Below are positions 32,186 to 42,618 of a DNA stretch of 46,115 nt, piece after piece (the first letter of the stretch is position 1; each line of letters begins with the position of its first letter). The position numbers were made by a program, and so were the translations under genes. The stretch lies in UHGV virus genome UHGV-1356891, one strand, 5' to 3'. The stretch is from a virus. The notes under the pieces were generated by a model that saw only the letters and a program-made list of their open reading frames with translations, ran no database searches and was not told the origin of the DNA.

Positions 32186-32683
32186 ATGGCCTATGCTGAC
32201 TATGAGTTTTACACAACAAAATACTACGGCAGTGCCATACCGGATTCCCAATCATTTGATAAGCAGGCAGAACGGGCAAGCGACTTTCTTGACATTATAA
32301 CATTTGAACGATTGGTTGACGGCCTCCCAGACAATGAACGAGCGCAAACCAAAATCAAGAAAGCCGTATGTGCCTTAGCTGATAAGCTGTATGGTTTGGA
32401 ACTGGCAGAAAAACAGGCGCTATCTGCCGCCGCTGGAAGTATAACCAGCGGGACCGGCGGCGCAACAACAGGCGTTATCACGTCAAAGTCATCCGGTTCC
32501 GAATCAATCAGCTATGCATCCCCGTCAGAAATAGCTAACGGAGCTAAAGCCTGGAGTACTGTATACTCTGCGTCAGGGGATGAACAGGCAACCAATAAAC
32601 TCCTGTATGATACTGCAAAGGTGTATCTGATGGGAGTAAGAGATGATAGTGGCGTTCCATTGCTGTACGCCGGAATGGGGTAG
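32186..32683 (+). CDS. Head-tail connector (gp6/gp15-like) protein
   Basis: N-terminus MAYADYEFYTTKYYGSAIPDSQSFDKQAERASDFLDIITFERL resembles the Phage_connect N-terminal pattern. Position after the MCP. Confidence 0.45.
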   Translation: MAYADYEFYTTKYYGSAIPDSQSFDKQAERASDFLDIITFERLVDGLPDNERAQTKIKKAVCALADKLYGLELAEKQALSAAAGSITSGTGGATTGVITSKSSGSESISYASPSEIANGAKAWSTVYSASGDEQATNKLLYDTAKVYLMGVRDDSGVPLLYAGMG

Positions 32684-32685
32684 AT

Positions 32686-32949
32686 ATGGATATTACGACA
32701 TTGGGAACATGTGTGGCTATTGTGGCTTTAAGTTATGTGGTTGGCCTTGGATGCAAAGCGGCAAAGAAGATACCGGACGAATGGATTCCGGTTATTATGG
32801 CTGTAGTGGGTGGCGCTTTGGGCGCGCTTGGAATGGGAACAATACCAGACTTCCCGGCATCGGACTATATCACGGCTGTAGCAGTTGGTGCTATGTCTGG
32901 CCTTACGGCTACGGGAGTTAACCAGGTGTATAAGCAGGCCAAGAAATGA
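32686..32949 (+). CDS. Small three-TM membrane protein, holin-like
   Basis: 87 aa with three hydrophobic segments and a basic C-terminus (YKQAKK). The only holin-sized multi-TM ORF in the prophage, yet distant from the endolysin. Confidence 0.4.
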   Translation: MDITTLGTCVAIVALSYVVGLGCKAAKKIPDEWIPVIMAVVGGALGALGMGTIPDFPASDYITAVAVGAMSGLTATGVNQVYKQAKK

Positions 32950-33587
32950 GTAACTACCGAAACCGCAGAAATTATGAAAATCTGGAGCGCCAGATATTTG
33001 ACGGCGTGGGAGAATATGGCATACCGCAGATAGAGCCAGCAACCTACGAAAGAGGCTGTGACTGGGTTGGTTTCAACTATGCCAAGACATGCAAAGAGCC
33101 TGAAAAGAAAGGTGTGCATTTCTTTCTTGATGATTACCAATTCAATAGGTTATGGAATGATGTTGACCGATACATACCCATGTTACAAAAATTCCGTTAT
33201 GTAATGTCTCCAGACTTTTCCACATACACAGACTTTCCAAAAGCTATCCAGATATACAATCATTATAGAAAACATTGGGTAGGCGCATATTTGCAAGAGA
33301 CAGGAATACAGGTTATTCCCACAATCTCATGGAGTACGCCAGACAGTTTTGCATGGTGCTTTGACGGAGAGCCACAGGGTGGTGTTGTGGCGGTATCGTC
33401 TTTGGGCGTGATGAACAGCAAAGAAAAGAAAGTGCTGTTTCTGACAGGCTATAAGGAAATGGTACGGCGTCTTTGTCCTGACACGATTATCTTTTATGGC
33501 TCTGTGCCGGATGAGTGCATGGGGAATATCGTGAGGGTACGGGCGTTTACAGAAAGGTTTAATGAGGTATTATGCAATGGGTGGTAG
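32946..33587 (+). CDS. DUF4417-like protein
   Basis: FFLDDYQFNRLWNDVDRYIPMLQKFRYVMSPDFSTYTDFPKAIQIYNHYRKHWVGAYLQETGIQVIPTISW matches my recollection of the DUF4417 signature. Confidence 0.4.
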   Translation: MSNYRNRRNYENLERQIFDGVGEYGIPQIEPATYERGCDWVGFNYAKTCKEPEKKGVHFFLDDYQFNRLWNDVDRYIPMLQKFRYVMSPDFSTYTDFPKAIQIYNHYRKHWVGAYLQETGIQVIPTISWSTPDSFAWCFDGEPQGGVVAVSSLGVMNSKEKKVLFLTGYKEMVRRLCPDTIIFYGSVPDECMGNIVRVRAFTERFNEVLCNGW

Positions 33588-33939
33588 AGGTGGAGCGAGT
33601 GGATTATCTGCTAAAAACCAGAAAATATCTTTTAAAGGACTGCCAACTTTAAAAGGTTCAGAGAAACAAGTTCAATGGGCCGAACAAATCAGAAATAATG
33701 CTATTGATACTATCAATAGAAATATTGATTTAGCTAATGAAAGGATAAAGAAGTATCCCAGCGCTCAAAAAAAATATCAAAATGAAATTGAATCTTTGCA
33801 AGAGATAGGTAAACAGCTAAAAGAAGTATTGTTAAAGGTATCTAATGCTTCTCAAATTATTGAAAAGCGTCACATATTTGAATCATCTAGGATATTAGAT
33901 GAAGCGTCAAAAATCGAACAAAGAAAAAAGAAACGCTAA
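33562..33939 (+). CDS. Hypothetical coiled-coil protein with a GGRGGASG N-terminus
   Basis: 125-aa ORF overlapping the end of the DUF4417 gene. Confidence 0.35.
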   Translation: MRYYAMGGRGGASGLSAKNQKISFKGLPTLKGSEKQVQWAEQIRNNAIDTINRNIDLANERIKKYPSAQKKYQNEIESLQEIGKQLKEVLLKVSNASQIIEKRHIFESSRILDEASKIEQRKKKR

Positions 33940-33942
33940 TAG

Positions 33943-34419
33943 GTGATTAATATGTACAATGCTACAGTAACAGTATTTAACTACTACGAATCATCCACAA
34001 CTGGCATTGGTATTTGGTATCCCCATGTATTATCTGGTGTTGACCTTAATACCGACAAGGGCGCAATCCTAAAAAAGTATGGGCCAGACAGCACGGATAA
34101 TGCCGAATTACACATAGCTTATGAATTACAGGATGGTAAACAAATAATCTGTGATGCTGACGGTAAAGAATTGCCGTGGCTTCCTCCAAAGGAGTGGAGG
34201 AGACAGGTAAATGACTTGTTGGACGATACCATTACTTTTGAAGCATCGGATGATTGTTTTTTCTGGGAAGGGGTATGGGATAGCGGCCCGGTCAATGATG
34301 AAGATTATCGTGGTGGGTTTTATGCCTATATGAACAACCGGTACGACTTCGTATATTTGGTATCTTCTGTTGGAGGTCCATACTCTGTGATTCCTCACTT
34401 TGAGATATTGGGGAAATAA
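33943..34419 (+). CDS. Virion protein, candidate head-tail joining or head-closure protein
   Basis: Assigned by position between the connector and tail genes. Confidence 0.35.
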   Translation: MINMYNATVTVFNYYESSTTGIGIWYPHVLSGVDLNTDKGAILKKYGPDSTDNAELHIAYELQDGKQIICDADGKELPWLPPKEWRRQVNDLLDDTITFEASDDCFFWEGVWDSGPVNDEDYRGGFYAYMNNRYDFVYLVSSVGGPYSVIPHFEILGK

Positions 34420-34912
34420 TATGGCAAGTAAAATAACACATTTTAAAGGATTCTCTGTTGTTGATGGAGATATCAAAATCAAACTTAATTTAACCCGGTT
34501 TGATAAGCAATTCCAGCGCGCGCAGTATCAACTTGATGGAAATGTGATGAATAGTATGGTCCCTTTTATGCCGATGGTCACAGGCGATTTTGTGGATGTT
34601 ACCAGAGCAGCGAGCGTTGCAGTACAAGGGAGCGGAAAAGTATATGCCGCATATGGCCCTGCTGGTCGTTCTTTATACCAGGGTAAAACTATGGTTAGCA
34701 CTGTTACTGGTAGTACCTGGGCTACAAAGGGTACTAAAAAGGTATTAGTAAGCCAATATGGAGGAAAAACCAAAGCAAAAGAGGATTTACAGTATACCAA
34801 AACAGCGCATCCTAAGGCACAGGCTAAATGGTTTGATGCAGCAAAAAAAGCAGATGGTAAATCATGGATAAAGCAAGCCAAGAAAACGGCTGGAGGTGGA
34901 AAGCGTGGGTGA
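34400..34912 (+). CDS. Minor capsid / tail-completion-type protein
   Basis: Assigned by position and size. The MVTGDFVDVTRAAS region resembles minor capsid family proteins of SPP1-like phages. Confidence 0.4.
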   Translation: MRYWGNNMASKITHFKGFSVVDGDIKIKLNLTRFDKQFQRAQYQLDGNVMNSMVPFMPMVTGDFVDVTRAASVAVQGSGKVYAAYGPAGRSLYQGKTMVSTVTGSTWATKGTKKVLVSQYGGKTKAKEDLQYTKTAHPKAQAKWFDAAKKADGKSWIKQAKKTAGGGKRG

Positions 34913-35411
34913 TGAACGAAAACCAATAGGAAAAGACGCAAGCGGATATGATGTGCTGACAATCGCTGTAAAGGCTTTGCTTAATCAATTCCCCGGTTTG
35001 TATGAAAATGAAACCGTTAAGTTTGAAGAATTGGGCGAGGATAGTGGGATTGCATTTTCGGCAGATAATGGAGCCTTAATCTTTTCTGAGACTGAGGATG
35101 TACTGGGTGGAGTGCGCCAGACCTGCCAGTATCCCTTCTATATTATATACCGTACATCATCCACAAAAGAGCGGCAGAAAATGAGTATACAGGAATTTCT
35201 TGATACATTTGGAAAGTGGTTATGCCGGGAGCCGGTTGTGATTAATGGGAGTGAGCAACGATTATCAAAATATCCCACATTATCCCAGGGAAGAAAGATA
35301 ACCAAAGTTACACGTGATAACTCATACGGCCTGGAACCGCAGGAAAGTGGTGTGCAGGACTGGATACTTCCAGTGTCAATAGAATATAAATATGATTTTG
35401 AAAGATGGTAG
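34896..35411 (+). CDS. Minor capsid / tail-completion-type protein
   Basis: Assigned by position. 171 aa. Confidence 0.4.
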   Translation: MESVGDERKPIGKDASGYDVLTIAVKALLNQFPGLYENETVKFEELGEDSGIAFSADNGALIFSETEDVLGGVRQTCQYPFYIIYRTSSTKERQKMSIQEFLDTFGKWLCREPVVINGSEQRLSKYPTLSQGRKITKVTRDNSYGLEPQESGVQDWILPVSIEYKYDFERW

Positions 35412-35460
35412 AGCCAGACGCTAAGACGCAGAGCCTTGTGTGATGGCTCTATTTTTATTT
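35409..35460 (+). terminator. Second copy of the 26-nt element TAGAGCCAGACGCTAAGACGCAGAGCC plus a terminator hairpin AGAGCC...GGCTCT and ATTTTTATTT
   Basis: Read directly from the sequence. The stop codon of the preceding gene is inside the element. Confidence 0.55.
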
Positions 35461-35475
35461 GAAAGGAGAAAAGCA

Positions 35476-36012
35476 GTGGCAACGTGGACTTATGCCGATG
35501 GAGAGGCAAAAAGAAAAGACTTTATGGTCTTTTGGATAACTGATGGAAGCACCACAAATATCACAAAAGATAAACTTGAAATTATTGGAAAAGGCGTTGA
35601 GGATATGCCGATTTCGATGAATCCAGAGACGGAAGAAAGCCAGGATGTACTTGGAAATAATAACTATGATATCACCGGATATGCGGAAAGCATGACAGTG
35701 GACCCGACTAATGTATCAGGCGAAAGTAAATATGCTCAAAAGATAGATACGCTTATGGAAGAAAGGGCAACTCTGTCAGATTTACGGTTGAAATATCTTT
35801 GTGTAAAGCGATACAAAACCGACAGTACAGGAAAGATGCGTGCGTGGGTGCAGGAGGGTGTTGTTGAGTTGGGAGACTTTGCAGGAGGACTGAAAGGTGT
35901 TTCCGCAGCTCATACGGTGCATTATGTAGGTGATAGGACTCTTGGCGCTGTAGACCCTACAACAATGGCTTTTACGGCTGATGGGGCAAGTCCTGCTTCG
36001 TTGTCCGAATAA
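35476..36012 (+). CDS. Major tail protein (GTG start after AAAGGAGAAAAGCA)
   Basis: About 178 aa, directly upstream of the chaperone pair and the tape measure. Assigned by synteny. Confidence 0.55.
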   Translation: MATWTYADGEAKRKDFMVFWITDGSTTNITKDKLEIIGKGVEDMPISMNPETEESQDVLGNNNYDITGYAESMTVDPTNVSGESKYAQKIDTLMEERATLSDLRLKYLCVKRYKTDSTGKMRAWVQEGVVELGDFAGGLKGVSAAHTVHYVGDRTLGAVDPTTMAFTADGASPASLSE

Positions 36013-36023
36013 GGAGATTAATC

Positions 36024-36494
36024 ATGCCTAATATTCCAATAAATATTGAAAGTCCGGTTAAATACTACGATTTTACTGACCAGCATGGAGATGTGTTGGC
36101 AACTTTTAAATTTGTTCCAACAGACCTTGACATATTCGAGCGGCAGCAGAATGTGTATAGAGCATTCGAGGATATGTGGATGGAGTTAAAAGCAACCCTT
36201 GATAGCAAAAAGAAGGATGAACTGTCGTTAGAGATAATCAATAAATACGCAAAGTCTCTCCAGGATAAATTTGATTATCTATTTAACGCAGACACTTCTG
36301 GCTTCTTCAAAATCGCCAGCCCATTCACGCCAATGGAAACCGGCGACCCCTGGGCGCTGGTAATACTCGAAAGTGTCCAAAAAATCATAGAGCAGGAAAC
36401 CGGTAAGAATTTTACGGAAATGGAAAGTAAGGCCGGAAAATATACACAACCGTATAATGCCGGTCCGGGAAAATACCCATTTCCCGTAAAATGA
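36024..36494 (+). CDS. Tail assembly chaperone
   Basis: Position between the major tail gene and the TMP. Acidic 156-aa protein. Confidence 0.55.
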   Translation: MPNIPINIESPVKYYDFTDQHGDVLATFKFVPTDLDIFERQQNVYRAFEDMWMELKATLDSKKKDELSLEIINKYAKSLQDKFDYLFNADTSGFFKIASPFTPMETGDPWALVILESVQKIIEQETGKNFTEMESKAGKYTQPYNAGPGKYPFPVK

Positions 36495-37048
36495 GCGCAG
36501 CGTGGTCCCTCCCATATTCTCTCTCTGTTAATGGAATAGACTATGAAATCCGTGAGGACTTCCGGGCAATATTAGATATTTTATCAGCCTTTGCAGATGA
36601 AGAATTATCTGACCCAGAGAAAACACAAGCAATGCTTGAAATTCTTTACTGGCCCGTTATCCCGCCTCCGCACGATTTAACAGAAGCGGCAGAAAAAGCA
36701 TTATGGTTTATCGACTGTGGTGTGGTGCATGAAGATACTCCATCACCGCGTGTAATTGACTGGGAACAGGACGCAGGAATTATTTTCCCAGCGGTTAACA
36801 GGATTGCAGGGTTTGAAACACGCGGATGCCAGATAATCCATTGGTGGACTTTCTACGGATGGTTCATGGAAATTGGGGACGGATTGTTTTCTCAGGTCCT
36901 TTCTATCCGGCAGAAACTGTCAAAAGGGAAGCGCTTAGAAAAGTGGGAGCAGGAGTTTTTACAGAACAATAAAAAGCTATGTGAACTTGAAAAATCCACT
37001 GACAAATCTAAAGAAGAATTTGATTATTTTGCAGAGTTGCTAAAGTGA
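36491..37048 (+). CDS. Second tail assembly chaperone-like protein in the -1 frame (ATGA overlap)
   Basis: Position and frame relationship typical of the G/GT pair, but with its own ATG. Confidence 0.45.
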   Translation: MSAAWSLPYSLSVNGIDYEIREDFRAILDILSAFADEELSDPEKTQAMLEILYWPVIPPPHDLTEAAEKALWFIDCGVVHEDTPSPRVIDWEQDAGIIFPAVNRIAGFETRGCQIIHWWTFYGWFMEIGDGLFSQVLSIRQKLSKGKRLEKWEQEFLQNNKKLCELEKSTDKSKEEFDYFAELLK

Positions 37049-37049
37049 G

Positions 37050-39506
37050 GTGATATCTTTGCAACCTGATGGAACTGTATTAATAGATACTAAAATCAAT
37101 ACGGATGGTGCAAAAACAGGCAGCGAAGATATCAAAAGGACGCTATCCGGCACAATGGATTATATAAAATTGCTACCTCAGGCTTTTAAGGATATTCCAG
37201 GCATTATGAAACATACATTTTCATCTGCTTCTAAATCCATACAAAGTCTTACACCAAGTGTACGCAATTTGCAAGATGAAGTGGACCGGTATAAAGATGC
37301 ATTATATTATGCCGAAAAGGCTGGTTATGGGCTTGGAGATGCACCATACGATAAGGCATTGGCAGGATTGCAGCGGGCTAAAAAAGCAATGCAGGATTAC
37401 AAGAAAAAGCTGCTCGGTGTTGATAATGAACAAAAGAAGGCAAGCAAAAGTGGAAGTAAGCTCAATAAATCATTAAAAGGTACTGAGAAAGCATCCCGAG
37501 GTGCACGAATGGGATTGGGCCGAATGCTTGCAACATCTATCTTATTTAGCACTGTATTCCGTGCCATTTCCGCAGTAACGGGCGGATTAAAAGAAGGTAT
37601 GGATAATCTGGCCCAGTATTCAGATGATACCAATAAAGCGTTATCCATGCTGATGTCCAGTATGACCCAGCTTAAAAACTCTTTTGGCACAGCCTTTTCT
37701 CCGTTGGTGGAATACGCATCTCCGGCCCTGGCACAGTTTATTAATTTGCTATCCCAAGCTGTTACCTGGACGGCGCAACTGCTGGCAGCATTAACCGGGA
37801 AGGATACATTTGTTAAAGCGGTTAAGGTCCAGCAGGATTACGCGGACAGTCTGGACAAAACCAAAGACGAAACAAAAGATGCAGCCAAAGAAACGGAAAA
37901 GGCTATAGCGCCGTTTGATAAACTGATACAGATAACAACCGGAAAGAAAAAGAAGGAAGATAAAAACGAACTTAAACCAGAGGATATGTTTACCACCGAG
38001 GAAGTATCCAATGATATTAAGCTACAGGCAGAGGCTATAAAGGATACGCTTGGGAAACTGTTCGACCCGCTTAAGAAATCTTGGTTTGAAAATGGCCCAC
38101 AAGTAATGAGTTCATTGCAAAATACATTCTCTGCAATTAAGCAGCTTGCAAGTGATGTAGGCGCATCGTTTATGCAGGTGTGGAATGTAGAAGGATATGG
38201 GAAAGCAATCACGGATGATTTACTAATTACTTTTGCAAATCTGGTTGATACAGTTGGTAATCTAGTTACAAACTTTGATAAGGCGTGGGTATCTGGCGAT
38301 ACTGGCACAAACATTTTAAGGCACCTTGGGGATATTATTCTTGAAATAACAGGATTTTTCCGTCAAGCATCAGAAAGTTTAAAACAATGGTCTGCGAATT
38401 TGGATTTTTCACCTTTGCTGGAAAGCTTTGACAGGATTTTGATTGCTGTAAAACCTATTGTATCAGATGTTGGAAACTTGATATTGTGGTTTCTTAACAA
38501 TGTACTACTTCCAATTGCAAAATGGGGAGTAGAGCAAGCGTTGCCAACTGTATTTGATTTAATTGCAGCAGCCCTGAAAGCAATACATAGTGTGATTGAT
38601 GCACTGAAGCCATTGGGGATATGGTTATGGGAAGAATTTTTACAGCCATTAGGAGAGTGGACCGGGGCAGTTATCATAGCTGCATTAGAAAAGGTCGTAG
38701 AATGGTTGACTAAATTTTCGGATTGGGTAAGTCAAAATCAGACATTGGTTGAAAATATTACAGTTGCAGTACTGGCATTTTTTGCGGCGTGGAAGTTTTC
38801 AGCATTTGTATTGGGCATAGGACAATTAATAAGCAATCTTGGAGGCTTTTTAGCAATTGGAGAACGTGTTATTTCACTTTTAGCAAGAACCGTATCAAAT
38901 ATAAATCCCCTTGTCCTTGCTATATCAGGCATAATATCGCTGATTGCTGTGTTGGCCAAGAACTGGAACAACATGTCTCCAACAGAAAAAGTTATAGCAA
39001 GTATTCTTGCAGCGGCTTCGGCAGTTGGAATTCTTGCAGTCGCTTTAGGAGCATTAGCTGGTGGTGTAGGCGCTGGTGTTGTAGCTGCTTCATTAGCTGC
39101 TGGAATAGCTGCTGCTACAATAGCAATTAATGCTGGTAAGCGTGCTGCATCTGCCGGATATTCTGGTGGGTATGGAGGAAGAAGTGCCTACCCCATGTCT
39201 GCCTATGCAGCAGTCCCCTATAAAATGCCAATGCTTGCAACCGGTACAGTAGTACCACCGCGGGCAGGAATGTTTGCTGCTATCTTGGGAGATAATACAA
39301 AGGAGCCGGAAGTGGTATCCCCTTTATCAACTATGAAGCAAGCTCTTAAGGAAGCGCTGGCAGAAAGCAATATATCAAGCGGAAACCAGATTGCTAAAGC
39401 GGAGCTAATACTTGATGGTACAAGATTCGGTCAGCTTGTAGTCAAATTTGGAAACAACGAAAAGAATCGTGTGGGTGTAAGAATGGTCACGGAGGGCAGC
39501 GTATAA
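37050..39506 (+). CDS. Tail tape measure protein (GTG start)
   Basis: 818 aa. Coiled-coil N-terminal half and hydrophobic Gly/Ala-rich C-terminal region (ILAAASAVGILAVALGALAGGVGAGVVAASLAAGIAAATIAINAG). Confidence 0.8.
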   Translation: MISLQPDGTVLIDTKINTDGAKTGSEDIKRTLSGTMDYIKLLPQAFKDIPGIMKHTFSSASKSIQSLTPSVRNLQDEVDRYKDALYYAEKAGYGLGDAPYDKALAGLQRAKKAMQDYKKKLLGVDNEQKKASKSGSKLNKSLKGTEKASRGARMGLGRMLATSILFSTVFRAISAVTGGLKEGMDNLAQYSDDTNKALSMLMSSMTQLKNSFGTAFSPLVEYASPALAQFINLLSQAVTWTAQLLAALTGKDTFVKAVKVQQDYADSLDKTKDETKDAAKETEKAIAPFDKLIQITTGKKKKEDKNELKPEDMFTTEEVSNDIKLQAEAIKDTLGKLFDPLKKSWFENGPQVMSSLQNTFSAIKQLASDVGASFMQVWNVEGYGKAITDDLLITFANLVDTVGNLVTNFDKAWVSGDTGTNILRHLGDIILEITGFFRQASESLKQWSANLDFSPLLESFDRILIAVKPIVSDVGNLILWFLNNVLLPIAKWGVEQALPTVFDLIAAALKAIHSVIDALKPLGIWLWEEFLQPLGEWTGAVIIAALEKVVEWLTKFSDWVSQNQTLVENITVAVLAFFAAWKFSAFVLGIGQLISNLGGFLAIGERVISLLARTVSNINPLVLAISGIISLIAVLAKNWNNMSPTEKVIASILAAASAVGILAVALGALAGGVGAGVVAASLAAGIAAATIAINAGKRAASAGYSGGYGGRSAYPMSAYAAVPYKMPMLATGTVVPPRAGMFAAILGDNTKEPEVVSPLSTMKQALKEALAESNISSGNQIAKAELILDGTRFGQLVVKFGNNEKNRVGVRMVTEGSV

Positions 39507-39916
39507 TGGATCAGAATGGGAACGGAGTATTTACCATAGACGGAGTTAATCTCCGCCTATGTGTAAAATCCTTAAAGCGAAATTTTTCGGTCGCAGATAG
39601 TGAAAATTCTGGACGTTTGCAGTCTTATAGGATGCACCGTGATATTATCGGTACATTTTATAATTATACGCTTGATATTGATGCGGAAAGAAGTAATCCG
39701 GCAGACTATGATACATTTTACGAAATTATCTCCGCTCCGGTCGAGTCTCATAATATGGTATTTCCATATGGTCAAGCTACCAAAGAATTTGAAGCATACA
39801 TAACCAGCGGGGATGATGATTTAAAAATCAACAAGAACGGAAAAGAAGGTGAGCGTAACCATTGGACCGGGTTATCCATTACCTTTACCGCTATGGAGCC
39901 GCAGAGGAGGCCGTGA
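39506..39916 (+). CDS. Distal tail protein (Dit)-like
   Basis: Immediately after the TMP. 136 aa. Confidence 0.45.
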   Translation: MDQNGNGVFTIDGVNLRLCVKSLKRNFSVADSENSGRLQSYRMHRDIIGTFYNYTLDIDAERSNPADYDTFYEIISAPVESHNMVFPYGQATKEFEAYITSGDDDLKINKNGKEGERNHWTGLSITFTAMEPQRRP

Positions 39917-39917
39917 T

Positions 39918-41711
39918 GTGTTTTTAAAGCAATCCATATTATCTGATGCAGAACAGAATACTGAGGGATTAAAGATTGTTTATGATGACTTGGCCCCTTA
40001 TGCCAAAGAAAATAGTACAGCATCCATTACAAGACCTGGATTAAGACCGAGAATAGGACTTCGTCCAGGCCCTGGTTTACATCCGCGTGGGACAATAACA
40101 GAGCAGGAATTTCCAGAATTAAAGCGAGATGATATTTCTTATCCTGGATATGCTCTATGCTTTCCACGGTTTTCTCTGCTGAATGGAAAGTATATCAATT
40201 TTCCAGATAATCCGCTTCCGTATGGATATATAAGCCCAGAAGTATCAAATGAACAAGGATTGTTCGGATATGTTAAGCAAAGCCAAGGACTTAAGCCCCA
40301 AATGGGTTTGCATCCAGGAATGTTTTTATATCCTAAATCAACAACTGAAAAGTTAATTGAATCCCCCATGCTGACAGTAACCTTTAATCAAAAATTCACC
40401 AGTGTAGGACTGCTTTTTACTTTTAATATGATGTCTGGAGATTATTGTACGCGAATGAGAGTAAAGTGGTACGCGGATAATAACCTGTTGTCAGATATGG
40501 AGTTTTCCCCGGATTCAGTTCGATATTTTTGTAATAACTATGTGAGAGGATATAACAAACTGGAAATCACGTTTTTGCAGACATCAAAACCCATAAGGCC
40601 AGTATTTGTTACCAGAATAGATTATGGAATATACCGTGATTTTCTGGACAACGAATTATTGGAAAGAAACTGTTTGCAAGAAATCAATGCAATATCAGAA
40701 AGCATAAGTATTAACACCTTAAATTTCACGGTCAGGACAACATCCGATATACCGTTTGATTTACAGAAAAAGCAGAAACTTACTTTATATTTCAACGGTG
40801 AGTTGATAGGAAATTTTTATCTTAAAAACGGTGCCAGGAAAAACAAAACGGATTACCATATGGACGCGCATGATGCGGTGGGGGTATTGGATGGTAATGA
40901 ATTTGTTGGAGGAATATATACAGGCCAGCCGGTTTCTGAGATATTAGAGAAAATATTTGAGAATGAAGATTTTAATTATTTGTTGGATGAATCATTTTCA
41001 GATATTCCGCTTTATGGTTACATACCGTATACCACAAAGAGAAACGCATTAGTATACATATGCTTTGCTATTGGAGCTATTGCAGATACAAGCAATTATG
41101 ACGGAATTGTTATCTATCCGCAAGAAAATGCTTTGAGTGGTGAATTTTTGAATGATGAAGTATTTTCTGGGGTTACATTGGAGCATTCTGATATTGTCAC
41201 AGGAATCCGGCTAACAGTTCATACATATCAAAAATCGGATGAGGCGCAAGAACTATATAATGATACTTTGAATGGAACAGCAGAGGTTATTTTTAGAGAG
41301 CCTTATCATGGTCTGGAGATAACTGGCGGCACCATTGGTCAGTCTGGTGATAACTATGCTTACATAACCGGAACCGGTGGAAATGTAATACTAACCGGAA
41401 AGAAATACAACCATCTTACAACATCAATCCTTAAAGAGAATCCTGATATTGTGTTTAACAAAAATATTCGTGAAGTAACAGATGCAACGTTGGTGCACAA
41501 TGGTAATGCTCAGCAAGTGCTTGAACGCGTATATGCATATTACCAGCGCGCAGAAAATGTGGTGGGGGATGTACTTATAGGAAATAAAAAACTAGGACAG
41601 AAGGTTAGGATTGATACAGATTATGATGGATACCGCACCGGTATTATTGAGAGCTACAATTACAGCTTTTCTCCCAACGAAATTAAGGCAGAGGTAAAAA
41701 TACATGAGTAA
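39918..41711 (+). CDS. Tail-associated lysin / tail fiber (Tal)-like large tail protein (GTG start after AGGAGG)
   Basis: About 597 aa, following Dit. Confidence 0.5.
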   Translation: MFLKQSILSDAEQNTEGLKIVYDDLAPYAKENSTASITRPGLRPRIGLRPGPGLHPRGTITEQEFPELKRDDISYPGYALCFPRFSLLNGKYINFPDNPLPYGYISPEVSNEQGLFGYVKQSQGLKPQMGLHPGMFLYPKSTTEKLIESPMLTVTFNQKFTSVGLLFTFNMMSGDYCTRMRVKWYADNNLLSDMEFSPDSVRYFCNNYVRGYNKLEITFLQTSKPIRPVFVTRIDYGIYRDFLDNELLERNCLQEINAISESISINTLNFTVRTTSDIPFDLQKKQKLTLYFNGELIGNFYLKNGARKNKTDYHMDAHDAVGVLDGNEFVGGIYTGQPVSEILEKIFENEDFNYLLDESFSDIPLYGYIPYTTKRNALVYICFAIGAIADTSNYDGIVIYPQENALSGEFLNDEVFSGVTLEHSDIVTGIRLTVHTYQKSDEAQELYNDTLNGTAEVIFREPYHGLEITGGTIGQSGDNYAYITGTGGNVILTGKKYNHLTTSILKENPDIVFNKNIREVTDATLVHNGNAQQVLERVYAYYQRAENVVGDVLIGNKKLGQKVRIDTDYDGYRTGIIESYNYSFSPNEIKAEVKIHE

Positions 41712-42144
41712 GTATTTAGAATCTCTTATTTTTGACCGTACGCAGTCAGACATAATAGAATTAACTGACAAAGCTTACATTGATTATAAAGACCTAAACC
41801 GAATCGAACAGGCGATTAAATGGGTATCTTATGTTCTCAATCAGTATGGATATAGAAATACGACAAACAACAAGCTGAATTGGAAACCTGAGGACCATAG
41901 GACGGATAAAGAAATGGAACGTCTAAGAAAAAATATAGTTGCAATAAGAAACGCGTACTATACAGGCGATAGCACTCCCCTTACCCCAGATAAGATAACA
42001 TACACATCAATTTATCAGGCCAATGCCATAGAAAAAATCATTTATGATTTGGGTAATTTGATTGAAAAGTCCTATCCTGGTCCTCAGCATTTGTCGTTTA
42101 AATTGGGAACCAAAGTTCTAGGAAATAGAGGTATTAAGCTATGA
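41704..42144 (+). CDS. Tail / baseplate-associated hypothetical protein
   Basis: Position only. Confidence 0.3.
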   Translation: MSKYLESLIFDRTQSDIIELTDKAYIDYKDLNRIEQAIKWVSYVLNQYGYRNTTNNKLNWKPEDHRTDKEMERLRKNIVAIRNAYYTGDSTPLTPDKITYTSIYQANAIEKIIYDLGNLIEKSYPGPQHLSFKLGTKVLGNRGIKL

Positions 42145-42617
42145 ATTTGAAAACAAATTTTAAAAATGACAAATTTTCCGGATTACGAAAATATAAGATG
42201 ACCACAGATGCGTCAACCGGCCTAACAACGCTTGAAGATAAAACAGAGTATCAGGAAATAGGAGACATTTTTACGGCTGATGATATTAACGAAACCAATA
42301 AGGCTGTATTACAAAATAACTCAGAAATCGAAGATATCAAAGGTATAAAAAGAATTATGGTTCTTTCGGAAAATTGGAGCACATCTGTGCCCTATTCGCA
42401 GACTGTTGGTGTTCCTGGAGCAAAAGAGAACATAGGGCTTATTATTGGTGGTCCATATTTAGGGGATAAACCAAGCGCAAGCGTAGCCAGAGAGAGAAAA
42501 AAAGCTTTTGGATATGTCGATAGTGCTGAAAGCAGAAATGGAGTTGTTACATTATATTGCTATGGTTCTAAACCATCAACAGATTTTCAAATTCTCGTAA
42601 AAGGGGCAGGGAACTAG
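42141..42617 (+). CDS. Tail fiber-associated protein
   Basis: Position only. Confidence 0.3.
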   Translation: MNLKTNFKNDKFSGLRKYKMTTDASTGLTTLEDKTEYQEIGDIFTADDINETNKAVLQNNSEIEDIKGIKRIMVLSENWSTSVPYSQTVGVPGAKENIGLIIGGPYLGDKPSASVARERKKAFGYVDSAESRNGVVTLYCYGSKPSTDFQILVKGAGN

Positions 42618-42618
42618 C

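Noticed and set aside
36470-36500. Programmed -1 ribosomal frameshift between the two tail chaperone ORFs
   Set aside because: The downstream ORF has its own ATG overlapping the stop (ATGA). No canonical XXXYYYZ slippery heptamer is seen at the junction (CCATTTCCCGTAAAATGA). It is treated as two coupled genes, though a frameshift cannot be excluded without relatives.
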